Origin: Octopus sinensis
Taxonomy: Eukaryota
DNA length: 64,000 nt
Direction: 5' to 3'
Assembly (NCBI RefSeq): GCF_006345805.1
Contig: NC_043023.1
Location: 11,160,001-11,224,000 of the forward strand
A program made the position numbers and the translations under genes. Within the stretch, counting starts at the first letter, position 1, and each line of letters starts with the position of its first letter. Below, piece after piece: positions 46,596 through 61,291 of the stretch. The notes beneath the pieces are model-generated. The model saw only the letters and a list, made by a program, of their open reading frames with translations. It was not told the origin of the DNA and ran no database searches.

Positions 46596-47918
46596 ATAGA
46601 CGAAGAAAAAAAAAAAAAAGGAAAAATAAAAAGGTATCAGCGGTAGATCGGGGCTTGTGGGATCGGAGCGTAACTTGATCATCGCTTCATTTGTATTGTT
46701 TTTGTACTGTGTATTCCATTCGATTTTTATGTATTGTATTTTATTTTTGATGTCACATTTATGTAAAATCATATCGATTCACTGATCCCATCAGTTGTAC
46801 TGTCCATATCTATGTTTGGCCCCCGGTGGGCAATAAAGAAATTGGTATTTCTTCTGCCATTATGTTCTGAGTTTAAATTCTGCTGAGGTTAACTTTGCCT
46901 TTCATCCTTTCGGGGTCGATTAAATAAGTACCAGTTACACACTGGGGTTAATGGAATTGACTTAATGCCATTGTCCATGCCTGTCCCCTCAATGTTTAGC
47001 CCCCTGTTGGAAATAAAGAAATAAATATAAAAGTCTTCATTAGATTAAAAATAACATTATCAAAACATGAAGGTAAAACAAAACAAATAGCGGCTTATAC
47101 ACCGGATAATAGGGTAACTGTGGTGGCAGTGACAAGTTTGCTCACTGGATGCTGGTTGATAGTGTATAAGGGAGGGAAAGAGTAAGGGATGTACATTGCT
47201 CACAAGGATGGATATACGTGATGAATACAACGGAGGGGTGACGTTTAGTAGAGATGACCCGGAAGTTGTAGCTTTCTTCAACCGAATACACATCGTTGAT
47301 TGGTTGAAATTACCCAAATACGACAACTTTAACATGAAATAACTTCTAAAAAAGGAAATTTTGTCAAAAACATTCAAAGAAATTCTACCAGTATTTGAAG
47401 ATTCAAACTGTTTAGTTAAAATTTTTTTGTTTACTTTGTGATTGAGATGGAATAGATCCTATTTTAATAACAAAGGAAAGTAATCTTTTAGCTAAAAATT
47501 TATATCCACAGTTTATCCTTATGAAAACATACTAACATTTCTATTATTGAATCTCTCTTTTTAACTATTTTCTCTATTTTATATTGTTTCTATATCATTT
47601 CAGAATATCAGACGTCTGTGACATGGATGGATTTTTACTAGAGATACATCAAGAATATTAATAAACTTTGAAAGACTAAAGGAAGATGTGATAAATAATA
47701 GATATAAACATGTTTATATAATATATCTATGAATCAATAACTGTGAAATACTTTGTTCTTAACTGAAATTAATAGCGACATTTTTCTTACAAACTGTATT
47801 TCACATTCTAATTAAACGTAGATACATTTACAAGGAAATTTGTAACCTTCAGATACTGACAAAATCAGACATGAAAAATATTTATTTATTGTGGTAGTAT
47901 CAGAAACATTATAGAACA

Positions 47919-49591
<1,673 letters not shown>

Positions 49592-50519
49592 AATTGGTTG
49601 TGTAGTTCTCAAGTTTAAGGGATTCACGCTGACGGACAGACGCACATTCTCATCTTTATAGATATAGACGTGTGTGTGTGTGTCTGACATCAACATTCAA
49701 CAGACTGAACTAAAGTAAAGTGAGGTTCTGATCTTGTGATGGTTTTCAATAGAAATAGAGGGACGTAGCAATGGCGTGAATGGGTATAAGTCTGATCGAT
49801 TAAGAAGCAAAAAGCTGGGTTAGCCAGCTATTTTTATTAATGAAATGCTGGACGTTCTAGAAACTTCCAAGAGAAATGCCAAGCTTTTTGAATGATTAAG
49901 AATCAGGTCTCATAACATTGATGCTTAGAGAAGACTAAGAAAGGGAGGTTGCTCTATCATCTTTCTTGCAATGGAGATCATTCCAGTATCTAGATTTTGC
50001 TACAGACTCATTCCTTTCTTCTGATATTGCTAGCCTTGAGCAAAAATCTAATGCCGATATTAATTTATAATGTGTATCAAAACTTTAAGAGGAGAGTGGC
50101 GAAGAGAAAGCGAAATAAAGTATATGGGCAACAAGATCTCTTAAGAATATTTCTACAGAAATTCTAGCCAGCATTGATTTTTAGCTACAACGTTTGGCAT
50201 CGAGAAGACAGATGTAAATAATAAAACTTCAGATAACATAATATTGTAAAGATCACTGCTAATGCCGTAGAACGTGGTGTTGGCTTACAAGAACATTTAA
50301 TATACGTTATGATATATTACGGTTGCTTAATGAAATATGCTGCCGATTTAGGATTTAGGATTGGCTAAAATAACATAACTTTTAGCTCGTAACTTTATTA
50401 TTCATTTCTAGAAAATAATCTTCAGCATTTCAAAACAGCATTCTTTCCTTCTTAAATAATAATCTGACGAAATTTGAGATGTATCAAATTTCATATCTAC
50501 TATTAAGCATAATGATGAA

Positions 50520-52110
50520 AATTTTCCCTTTTACCCAATTTAAAATTACCAGAGAATCATAATATTAAAAATGATCTACTATCTCAGATGCTTCAGTGGA
50601 ATTTTAGGATAAACTTAACTTCTGTAAATTTGATTTAAATATATTTTAATTTATTCCAAATAATCTTGTTTCTAATCTTTTCACCAGATACCGAAGGTTC
50701 GTTTCCTTCATTTCATTTCTAGTTTCGTATCTTTTTTTGTAATTCCCATAAATAAAATATAATTTCGTCTAGATATACTTTACAATCCAAGGTTTAAAAA
50801 GTCTGTATTATATTTTTAAGTGTATTTTGATGCAATTAAAAAGGAAAAAAATGATAACATTTATTTTATAACAAAAGATTGATGCCATAACGTACACAAT
50901 CTCCAGAGTTTTTTCGTTTCGCTGTTTACCGTGTCGGTTTTTCAATCGTCTTACAATTCAATTATCCGTTGAAACGTCTCTTAAGCTTAATTAAAGACAT
51001 TTCACATTAAACCCGGATTTATATAAAACACCAGGTAAGTAATTAATATACATTTCGGTTAAGTCGACGTCTTTGAATGCTTTGCCCTTTTATGTGTACG
51101 AAATATACCGTAATTAATTGAGTTTAATTGATTATAGCAGTCACATAAAATGATAATTAATTAGTGAACTCAGGTGAATGTCGCAAACCGTTTCTGCGTG
51201 GTCCCTTTCGCTTTGTATCGGCGATCGTTGTCTACGTGTATATTCGGGTAAATCTGGACAAGTGCACCCGAAAGATATACCTCTGTTTATACGTTATATA
51301 GGAAAACAGAAATTCACTTATAATGATAGAAAAACCAAAAAGATTACTGTACTCTGATTGTCGTTCTGTTTAACCACACAAAGAAGCGACCACCTTGTGG
51401 TTATGGATACGAGAACAATGATACAGTGCCAAAGGGACAGGATTAGGGAGTTGGAGGCAAGCATCGTGCATGAATCGGAGAGATATAGAGACGTAGCTTG
51501 GTTTCGTGTGATAAAGTGTGTGAGAAGTTTTCTTGTTAAAAGTGGGTGAAACACACTGCTTCTAGAACTCAGTTGCACATTTATGTGGGTACTACTAGCG
51601 AACAGTGGTCCCGGTGCGCGCACTCGCGTATCCGTGCTAGCTAGTCGTAAGTAGTCGATCCTAGAACGACTTTTTAACCCAAACCCTAGACCTAACCGTA
51701 ACCCTAACCTTAGTTCGTTTAAAATGTTAGATAATATCTGAAGGTGGAGGAGCCGATGCCTGTGAATATGTAGACATTACCTCAAGGTTGTAGAATATAA
51801 TTTTAATAACAAAATAGAAAGTAACTCATGAGGTAAAAATTTATATCCACAGTTTATCCTTATGAAAACATACTAACATTTCTATTATTGAATCTCTCCT
51901 TTTAAACTATTTTCTTTATTTTATATTGTTTCTATATCATTTCAGAACATCAGACGTCTGTGGCATGAACGGATTTTTACTTGAGATACGTCATGAATAT
52001 TAATAAACTTTGAAAGACTAAAGGAAGATGTGATAAATAACAGATATAAACATGTTTATATATATCTACGAATCAATAATTGAAATACTGTGTTCTTGTC
52101 TGAGATTGAT
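50520..52110 (+). repeat. Segmental duplication of the ZNF upstream unit, direct copy at about 62790-64000 and inverted paralogs at about 8700-10830 and 1400-1990
   Basis: Long near-identical stretches including first exon, intron and acceptor. Confidence 0.9.
50910..51035 (+). promoter_or_regulatory. Putative first exon and donor of ZNF-6 (intron 51035-51945)
   Basis: ccgtgtcggttttt motif; accag|gtaagt donor; tttcag acceptor at 51945. Confidence 0.6.
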
Positions 52111-52290
52111 AGATATTTTACTTCCTCACTGCCTGAAATATTTACATTTCACATTCTAATTAAACATGGATACATTTACAAGGAAATGTATGGCCTTCGG
52201 ATACTGAAGTCAACAGAAACATATATATATAAGAAGAAATACAAGAAAAATATTTATTTATTGTGGTAGTATCAGAAACATTGTAGAACA

Positions 52291-53478
52291 ATGAGTTATG
52301 TGAGAAATGTAAAGGATATCTTACTTCGTGAAGAGATGACGAAAGAAGGAGAAAAATTATCGTACTGTTGTGATATCTGCAAAAAGTCTTTCTCTCGCAG
52401 AGGGAACCTAACTACTCATAAATGCATTTCTACTGGAGAGAAACCATATGACTGTGATATCTGTGGTAAAACATTCCCTGGATTTAGTAACTTAACTACA
52501 CACAAACGCATTCACACAGGTGAGAAACCATATCATTGTGATATTTGTGGTAAAACATTCCCTGTGTTTAGTAAATTAGCTACACACAAACGTATTCACA
52601 CAGGTGAGAAACCATATCGTTGTGATATTTGTGGTAAAACATTCCCTGTGTTTAGTAACTTAACTACACACAAACACATTCACACAGGTGAGAAACCATA
52701 TCACTGTGATATATGTGGTAAAACATTCTCTGTATTTAGTAACTTAACTTCACACAAACGCATTCACACAGGTGAGAAACCATATCGCTGTGATATCTGT
52801 GGTAAGTTATTCTCTCATAAAAGTAACTTAACTATTCACAAACGTCTTCATACAGGTGAGAAACCATATCACTGTGATATCTGTGGTAAATCATTCACTC
52901 AAAAAGGTAGCTTAAGTAAACACAAACGCATTCACACAGGTGAGAAACCATATCGCTGTGATATCTGTGGTAAGTCATTCACTGAAAAAGGTCACTTAAC
53001 TGCTCACAAACGTTTGCATACAGGTGCGAAACCATCTCACTGCGATATCTGTGGTAAATCATTCACTCTAAAAGGTAGCTTAACTAAACACAAACGCATT
53101 CACACAGGTGAGAAACCATATCGCTGTGATATCTGTGGTAAATCATTCACTCAAAAAGTTAGCTTAACTAAACACAAACGCATTCACACAGGTGAGAAAC
53201 CATATCGCTGTGATATCTGTGGTAAATCATTCACTCAAAAAGTTAGCTTAACTAAACACAAACGCATCCACACAGGTGAGAAACCATATCGCTGTGATAT
53301 CTGTGGAAAGTCATTCACTGAAAAAGGTCACTTAACTGCTCAGAAACGTTTGCATACAGGTGAGAAACCATATCATTGCGATATCTCTGAAAAGTCATTC
53401 ACTCTAAAAGGAAACTTAACTGCTCACATGCGTTTGCATACAGGTGAGAAACCATATCACTGTGATATCTGTGGTTGA
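52291..53478 (+). CDS. C2H2 zinc-finger protein ZNF-6, 395 aa, 13 fingers (first and last two degenerate), ending at a premature TGA
   Basis: ATG-initiated ORF; stop inside finger 14 (CDICG*). Confidence 0.85.
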   Translation: MSYVRNVKDILLREEMTKEGEKLSYCCDICKKSFSRRGNLTTHKCISTGEKPYDCDICGKTFPGFSNLTTHKRIHTGEKPYHCDICGKTFPVFSKLATHKRIHTGEKPYRCDICGKTFPVFSNLTTHKHIHTGEKPYHCDICGKTFSVFSNLTSHKRIHTGEKPYRCDICGKLFSHKSNLTIHKRLHTGEKPYHCDICGKSFTQKGSLSKHKRIHTGEKPYRCDICGKSFTEKGHLTAHKRLHTGAKPSHCDICGKSFTLKGSLTKHKRIHTGEKPYRCDICGKSFTQKVSLTKHKRIHTGEKPYRCDICGKSFTQKVSLTKHKRIHTGEKPYRCDICGKSFTEKGHLTAQKRLHTGEKPYHCDISEKSFTLKGNLTAHMRLHTGEKPYHCDICG

Positions 53479-53798
<320 letters not shown>

Positions 53799-54125
53799 CA
53801 CCATCATCATTTTCATCTCCAAGCTGTCCATTACCCAACGTATTTTGCTTTATTTCTTCCAATATGTGAGGAAAAATTTCATTGCCAGTCAATGCTGGGT
53901 GCCTCTGCTGGTTCATTATATAATCTTACTCTTACATGTTGTAAATCATTATTCATGATTATTATTATAATTATTGAATTAAAAAATGTTTTGTAATTTT
54001 TTTTTTGGGTATGAAATGAAATAATTGTAGGTGATGATATTAAATAATTCATAAAATAATTTATATCCAATAGATGTCTCCATTTTCTAACTTATTAATA
54101 ATACCTATAATATATATATACATAC

Positions 54126-54159
<34 letters not shown>

Positions 54160-54160
<1 letters not shown>

Positions 54161-54796
54161 AATTAGTAATGCTATACTAGAGTATTGCATTCCAGTGAAG
54201 AATAGCCCGTGAGGGAAAATTATACAAAGAAGTAAATATATGGCACAACGAAGTACCGATATTTACTGGAAATAGCGAAAGTAATAATACGACGCTAATG
54301 TATAGCTTCACCGCGTATGTACTAGCAAAAATGCGTGAGTGCAACAAACCTGAAAAAAATTGTCTTACCTCCAGGGAGAACATCTGAAAGATGAAATACC
54401 TTTACTGGAAAGCAATACCCTAGCATTGCATTACTAATTTATTGAAACTTCTTCACCGTTCTGTTAGCGTTTCGGTGTTTCAGTCGAGTGTATTGTTAGT
54501 AATGTGGTAACATCTGAAATGTTGTCGTGGTATATGTTTGGCTGATGAAGATAGATCAAGTATATGTGTGCAGGCATATCTTGAAAAATCTGAAACCGGC
54601 TCCGGTCCCACATTATCCTTTTCTAGGTATTTCATCTTTCAGATGTTCTCCCTGGAGGTAAGACAATTTTTTTCAAGTTTGTTGCACTCACGCACTTTTG
54701 CTAGTACATACGCGGTGAAGCTATACATTAGCGTTGTATTATTACGTTCGCTATTTCCAGTAAATATCGGTACTTCGTTGTGCCATATATTTACTT
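54160..54796. mobile_element. Inverted, circularly permuted repeat element carrying a hammerhead, flanked by (TA)n; retrozyme/Penelope-like
   Basis: 54230-54401 is the reverse complement of 54625-54796; 54160-54200 is the reverse complement of 54400-54440 (36/41). Confidence 0.8.
54534..54613 (+). ncRNA. Type I hammerhead ribozyme with extended helix II; predicted GUC cleavage after 54607
   Basis: atg-tt-tgg-CTGATGA-agat-aga-tcaag-t-atatg(tgtgcagg)catat-cttga-aaa-atct-GAAA-ccggctccgg-TC-cca-cat. Confidence 0.85.
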
Positions 54797-54821
54797 TAAT
54801 ATATATATATATATATATATA

Positions 54822-56872
54822 CTAGCAGTGATACCCTGCGTTGCCCGTGTTACATGCAATTGAAGAATTAGACTTTTCTGTAATGAACTGGAGTACCTAT
54901 GATTAGAATTTCATCAAAATTGCAGAAATTGTAATCATGACACATGTATCCCATACTACTGATTTTTATGCACAGGTTCCAAAATTCCAGTCTTATAGAA
55001 TCTGTTAAAAGGATTTTGCTCCTGGAATATGGAGGTCATGGAGCTCTAAAATGTGTGAGTTAAGGCCCCTATTGGGGATGGGTCTTTTAATGTCAAGCAG
55101 AGAAGTTGAATTCTTGAGAATGTTTTTTAACTTGGGTTTTATATCTATTGTTTGAATTTCTTTGAAATAGGAATTATATGTATACTCCTTACTCTTTTAC
55201 TTGTTTCAGTCATTTTACTGCGGCCATGCTGGAGCACCGCCTTTAGTCGAGGAAAACAACACCGGGACTTATTCTTTGTAAGCCCAGTACTTATTCTATC
55301 GGTCCCTTTTGCCGAACTGCTAAGTAACGAGGGCGTAAACACACCAACATCGGTTGTCAAGCAATGCTAGGGGGACAAACACAGACACACAAGCACACAC
55401 ACATACATATATATATACATATATACGACAGGCTTCTTTCAGTTTCCGTCTAACAATCCACTCACAAGGCATCGGTCGGCCCGGGGCTATAGCAGAAGAT
55501 ATTTGCCCAAGATGCTACGCAGTGGGACTGAACCCAGAACCATGTGGTTGGTAGGCAAGCTACTTACCACACAGCCACTCCTGCACCTGCATATGTTCAC
55601 TGGGTTTGTAAAAGAGAGCAAAGGTACAGGAAACCAAAAGACGAATGATCATAAAAAGCAGTCAGCAACTGTACCCAAGTCATTACCACTCCCAATGTAG
55701 GATTCCTCACCATCCAGGTGACAGGAACAGCTGAGAGATGCATTATGGATCTATAGGAATTGTTCGGGTGTGACCCAACAGAAATAAAAATTAACAACTG
55801 TGTGACGTGAGGGTGAAGGAGAAATGAAAGTGTCACGTCTGGAGTTTGCAAATGACCACTATACACACACGTAACTGGGAAGAATAATTTACAATCTACA
55901 AATGTCTTTGAATAACCAGTCACTCATCTGGGAAGGCCTTGAAATCAATGTTACCATCTGGGGACTATGTGTGACCCAGTGATAATAAAAAGACTGAAAG
56001 GAGGTCTGCAACCAAATAACTTTACTCAACACTTTGCAACTAAATTAGTGGAGGCAAAGATGCCTCTTATTTACTTGACAATTTATGCACCACATTGTAG
56101 AAATCACAATCTAAGTATATCTCAAAGCAAAGTCTTACACTGTTGTACCATTGAATTACAAATAATGCTCATTATTTATGCTCGGGTGACCCTACAGCTT
56201 CCAAGAGTACAACTGTATTCATCTTTGCTTAGATAAAATGAGTAAATTGTGGGTGTTAAGTCCCCATAAAGAGGTCTTTTTAACTTCTAAGAAGATAAAA
56301 CTTTATAAATATTACTTCATTTGTGTCTAATATGTATGGTTAAAATTTCATCAATGGCAAAATATATGAAGTGTCATGGGGGTTATGGCCCTTATGCATA
56401 GAATATAATTTCCAAATTTCGTAAAGATCCCTTCAGTACTTTTAACCTAGTTTTGGATCATAAAAGAAATGACTAAAATTTGGGAGTTAAGTCCCCCATT
56501 AGGGTGTCTTAGAATCCTCGTGAGAAGTGGAAACTTTGAGAATACTTTTTGATGCCTGTTGATTACCCATGGTTGAATTTTCATGAACATCAAAAATTTA
56601 TGAATTTTCATGGGGGTTCTGCCCCCTTTAAGCCATCTAAAATTCAAACCAAACATATTGCATTATACCCACCCTTATGCATTGAATCTAAGTTCCAAAT
56701 ATGATAAAGATCCATTCAGTAATTTTGGTCCATGAAATTGTATGAAACACGCAGCATTACCCTTCTCCCTAGGGTTGGATTTTATGTTCCAAATTTCATT
56801 AGGATCTTTGCAGCAGTTTTCAAATTTATAAGTAACAGACAAACATAAAGACATTGACATTGATATAATAGA
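54822..56872 (-). mobile_element. Probable 2-kb non-autonomous Helitron of a second family, interrupted by SINE A+C at about 55185-55585
   Basis: Minus-strand end cgggcaacgcaggg...CTAG|T at 54822 and start A|TCtattatatc at 56872; linking the two ends is inferred. Confidence 0.5.
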
Positions 56873-57745
56873 TATGAATGTGCACACATACATACATGTA
56901 TATATATACATGTGTGTTTGTGTGTATTCTGTATATATATATATATATATATCTATACACACACTCACAGATAAATTGATAGATACAACTGAGTGGGCAA
57001 AGAAATATATGAGACACAGCCTAGTGCTTTTTTTTATGTTGATAAGCCTGGTGTTTATCCTATCAGTTTTGGGGATGTAAATAAACGAACAGCAGTGACG
57101 AAGGTGAGACATAGAGACAAAGACACATATAAATTTACACATATATATATACGATTATATATGTATGTATATATACATACACACACACACACACAATGAT
57201 AAATTGATAGATACAATTTAGTTATATATATAATAAACCAAAATATGAGACACAGCCTAGTGCTTTTTTTATTTTGATAAGCCTGGAACTTATTCTATCA
57301 GTTTCTTCTTATGAAACCAGTAAGTAATGGGTATGTAAATAAACAAACAGCAGTGATGAGGGAGAAACACAGAGACAAAGACACACAAATAGACATACAT
57401 ATATTCATACTTTATTTCAGTTTCTGTCTAGAAAATCCACTGACAAGGCTTTGGTTGGTCTGAGGCTATAGCAGAAGACACATGCTAAGTCACCACACAG
57501 TGAGACTGAACTCAAGACCGTGTGTTTTGGAACCAAGTTTGTTACCACACAGCCACATCTGCACTTATGTATGTATAGGTGCATATGTATATGCATGTAT
57601 ATATGTGTACATATTACATGTACATGTGTATATATATACATATACAGCTATATGTATACATGTATACATATACATGTTTATATATACATCTATATATATA
57701 TACATTTGTGCAGATGTATACATACATATATATTATAAATATACT

Positions 57746-58139
57746 AGCAGTATCGCCCGGCGTCGCTCGGGTTTGTAAGGGAAATAACTATATAAGCATT
57801 TTTAGAGAGTTATAGCCAAAAAATAGCAAAAAAATTCATTAAAAATGGAAAAAAAATTAAGGTAAATTTCTTTTTAAATCGTTGACACATCATAGATATT
57901 TTTAGAGAGTTACTTCCCTTATATAATAGCGAAAAAATGCATTAAAATGGAAAAATATGATGGTAAATTTTTTTAAATCGTAGACTCATCGTAGACGCGC
58001 GCTAATACCCAGAAGGACTCGATATGACTCACGACTATAAGATACCCGGTTTTGGTTACACTGCACCGCAAAATGTGGGAGTAGTTAGGAATCTAAATCG
58101 TAGGAGACAGACACACAACTTCACTCTTATATATAAAGA
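57746..58139 (-). mobile_element. Non-autonomous Helitron
   Basis: Same termini as 17279-17575 with an extra internal module. Confidence 0.85.
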
Positions 58140-58251
58140 TATAAGTCACATAGTTATATACACATACTTTGTTATATACACATTCTTAAAAGAAAATGTT
58201 ATTTTGAATACAACATTTATAAAGAATAAAATATTTTTTGGTTTTTCTTAA

Positions 58252-58980
58252 CCCTTTCGTTACTATATTTCTGACCAAAATACACCCCTTATGTGTTTCA
58301 ATTAATTTCTAACGTAATCATAAATTTAGTCTGGTTTCATTAAACAACAATAACTTTTTTATTTATCAATATATTAACGTGAATTTTGGAAGATAATTTA
58401 ATGAAATGTCCTCAACCAATTCTATACTATAATTTTTGTCACAAAGTGACTCTAATTGCAGGTAGATACAGGTAAATTCAACAATATATAAAATTATTAA
58501 AATTTTGTTCAAACATCGCTATAGAAAATGGGTTATTAGCTAATATTCAATTGGGTATACAACAAAATTTTACGATAGAATTTGTTATTCTGGGTAACTT
58601 TCTGATACCCATAATAATATTTATGGCAAAATAGGCCTTAATTTCATTTAAGGTTGTGGGAAATAACAAATTATCCTCTTCTCGTTTTGTTTACGTTTAG
58701 CGTAACGTTTTGTTTCTGCCGTAATGATTTCAAATGGGCTCATTCGAAAAAGTAAATAGAAATAGTCTAAGGCTTTACTCTTCTGGGAAAGTCTGTGGCT
58801 TGGTCCAGTTTCTTCAGAAAAATCACCGAAAGAAACAGTTTTTAAATTTTCACTCCATTCAGGTACCAATTCGTTTTCTTTATCGCTGTCGGATTCACTG
58901 TTTTCACTTTAATAGCTGCAAACTTGCAAAGACAAAGGAGGAGAAGGGTGATAGAGTCAGTGAAACAATTCGCTCCCTTT
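58252..58980 (-). mobile_element. piggyBac transposon relic (one TIR plus transposase N-terminal fragment)
   Basis: TTAA|ccctttcgttact end; 58648-58869 encodes F.EETGP...ALDYFYLLF...FEIITAETKRYAKRK, resembling the PGBD-type motif PLDYF.LFF...IV.ETNRYA. Confidence 0.75.
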
Positions 58981-59464
58981 GTGTGTGTGTGCGTTTGCGT
59001 GTGGTGTAAACCACATTAAGAAAAACATTTGACATACACACCAGAATGTGAGTTTTCTGTAAATTTTGCTTAATTGGAGTTTAAATTTTAAAAACTGGAC
59101 CTGGCATGACCCGATGCATTCTACTCTTAAAAATGCTAGGTAAATTGTAATTGAAGAAATCCTATATTGTAGATTTCTATAACTTACAAAGGGAGGCAGA
59201 TAAAATCTGCCTTTTATAATAAGAGATTATAAAAGGCAGATTTTATCTGCCTCCCTTTGTAACTTATAGAAATCTACAATATAGGATTTCTTCAATTACA
59301 ATTTACCTAGCATTTTTAAGAGTAGAATGCATCGGGTCATGCCAGGTCCAGTTTTTAAAATTTAAACTCCAATTAAGCAAAATTTACAGAAAACTCACAT
59401 TCTGGTGTGTATGTCAAATGCTTTTCTTAGTCTGGTTTACAGCACACGCAAACGCACACACACA
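58981..59464. repeat. Near-perfect palindrome, about 240-bp arms, 5-bp spacer (aagag, 59221-59225)
   Basis: 59026-59220 versus 59226-59420 has a single mismatch by eye; the outer 45 bp have about 4. Confidence 0.95.
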
Positions 59465-60233
59465 GTGTGCAACGAATAAAGTGAAACTAGATGTAATATT
59501 TAAAAAGAAAGCAGCAAACAGAAACAAATAAATACATAATGATTTACTCCTCACACAATTTCTTCAATTAGACTTTACCTATGATTTTTCAAAGAACTTC
59601 CATTGGTTCATGCCATACAAAATTTCTTTCAATTTCACCCCCAAATTAAGACAAAATTCGAGAAAACTCAATATTTTAACATTTCACTTTGAAGCCTTTA
59701 CTCTGCCTATTACTCCCACTTCCTCATTAGACACATAGACACGCTAATTTATACGACAGTGTCAATTGTTGACAGACATTGTAAGCTAACGTGTGTGTGT
59801 GTGTGTGTGCGTGTGTGTCTGTGTGTGTGTGCGTGTGTGTGAGGGTGTGTGTGTGTGTGTGTGTGACAGGGACGACCCATTCAGACTGGTCATCCTTTTT
59901 GCTAGAAGATCACCTATGCTACACCACTGGTTTTCAGTTCATATTAATCAAATTAATATTCACAAGAAGAAGGACTATTCATTATAATACATCAGTTCCA
60001 TCGGACAACTGCACAAACATTTGCCATTTTACACATGTATGTAAACAAATTCCTTTCTTTTAGAATTTCAATTCATTTACTTTTTCAATTCATACAAAGT
60101 TATTTAGGACGAATATAACATCTAAAGTTATCTCTAAGAAGCAGAAAGATCGCCCAAAAGTGTATATAGATATTTAAATGTATTTATATATTCATCTATA
60201 CACACATGTATGTATATATATATATATACATAC

Positions 60234-60498
60234 ATAAGACAGTAAGGTGTGATTTGAGGGAGATTTGGCTGCTATTTCTACCATGTCTAGCTGCCATGTA
60301 GGGGTCTCCCTCATAGGCTCATACATACATATATAAATAGATAAGACAGTAAGGTGTGATTTGGGGGAAATTTGGCTGCTATTTCTACCAGGTCTAGCTA
60401 CCATGTAGAGGTCCCCCTCATTGGCTCATATATATATACATACATAAGACAGTAAGGTGTGATTTGAGGGAGATTTGGCTGCTGTTTCTACCAGGTCT
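60234..60498. repeat. Three tandem units (periods 107 and 103 bp)
   Basis: ataagacagtaaggtgtgattt at 60234, 60341 and 60444. Confidence 0.9.
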
Positions 60499-60864
60499 GT
60501 TAGGCCTTCTCATGTAAACTCAAGCTTTCTCATGCCTTGAACATAAGACCAAAGCAGAGAATGTATTCTTTTATTCTTCTGCTTTTTCCAGCCATTGGTC
60601 TGTGGCCATGCTGGGGCAATGCCTTGAAGAATTGTAGTTTAAGGAATCAACTCCAGTTTTATTTTTGTAAGCATTGTACTTATTCTATCTGTTTCCTTTG
60701 TCAAACCACTAGGTGACAGGGATGTAAACAAACCAACATTCGTTGTCAAGCAGTGGTGGAGGACAATCACAAGCACAGACACGCACACACACACACACAT
60801 ACATGCATACACATATACACACATACATACATACATACATATATATATATGTGTGTATATATAT

Positions 60865-61186
60865 ATTGCAGCGTGGAAGGTGTTTGTAAGCCATTTAAGA
60901 AACACACAAAAACCGTTAGATTCACTTCAACATTTAAATTTAATTTGCCAAAATATTTTCCTCGCTTTGAGACCGTAACCTGTTCACTGACAAAAATATC
61001 GTGCTAACAGGTGGCGGTCTCAAAGCGACGAAAATATTTTGACAAATTAAATTTAAATGTTGAAGTGAATCTAACGGTTTTTGTGTGTTTCTTAAATGGC
61101 TTATAAACACTTCAATGCTGCAACTGTTTTCGTTCCAGCACACGATCTCAGATCAAGTCACTTGCTATGCAAGTACATCTCTGTAA
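60865..61186. mobile_element. Head-to-head pair of family F elements
   Basis: Minus copy 60865-60995 (helix II mutated) and plus copy 61006-61186 truncated inside the ribozyme core. Confidence 0.8.
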
Positions 61187-61291
61187 CTATATATATATTT
61201 ATATATATATATATATATATATGTATATTGGTAAAAACAGTAAGATAACAAAAGAAAGAAAGAGACCTCAATATTATGTAAATAGAGGAAA

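Larger units (their letters stand above)
41611..46843 (+). mobile_element. Full-length Tx1-clade LINE, 5.2 kb, with 15-bp TSD ggtatttcttctgcc
   Basis: TSD at 41596-41610 and 46844-46858; gag-like ORF1 and APE-RT ORF2. Confidence 0.93.

Noticed and set aside
50464-50500. ctgacga followed by a hairpin (also ctgatga at 3453 and on minus at about 15090)
   Set aside because: No GAAA after a valid helix II and no helix I/III or UH site; not hammerheads.
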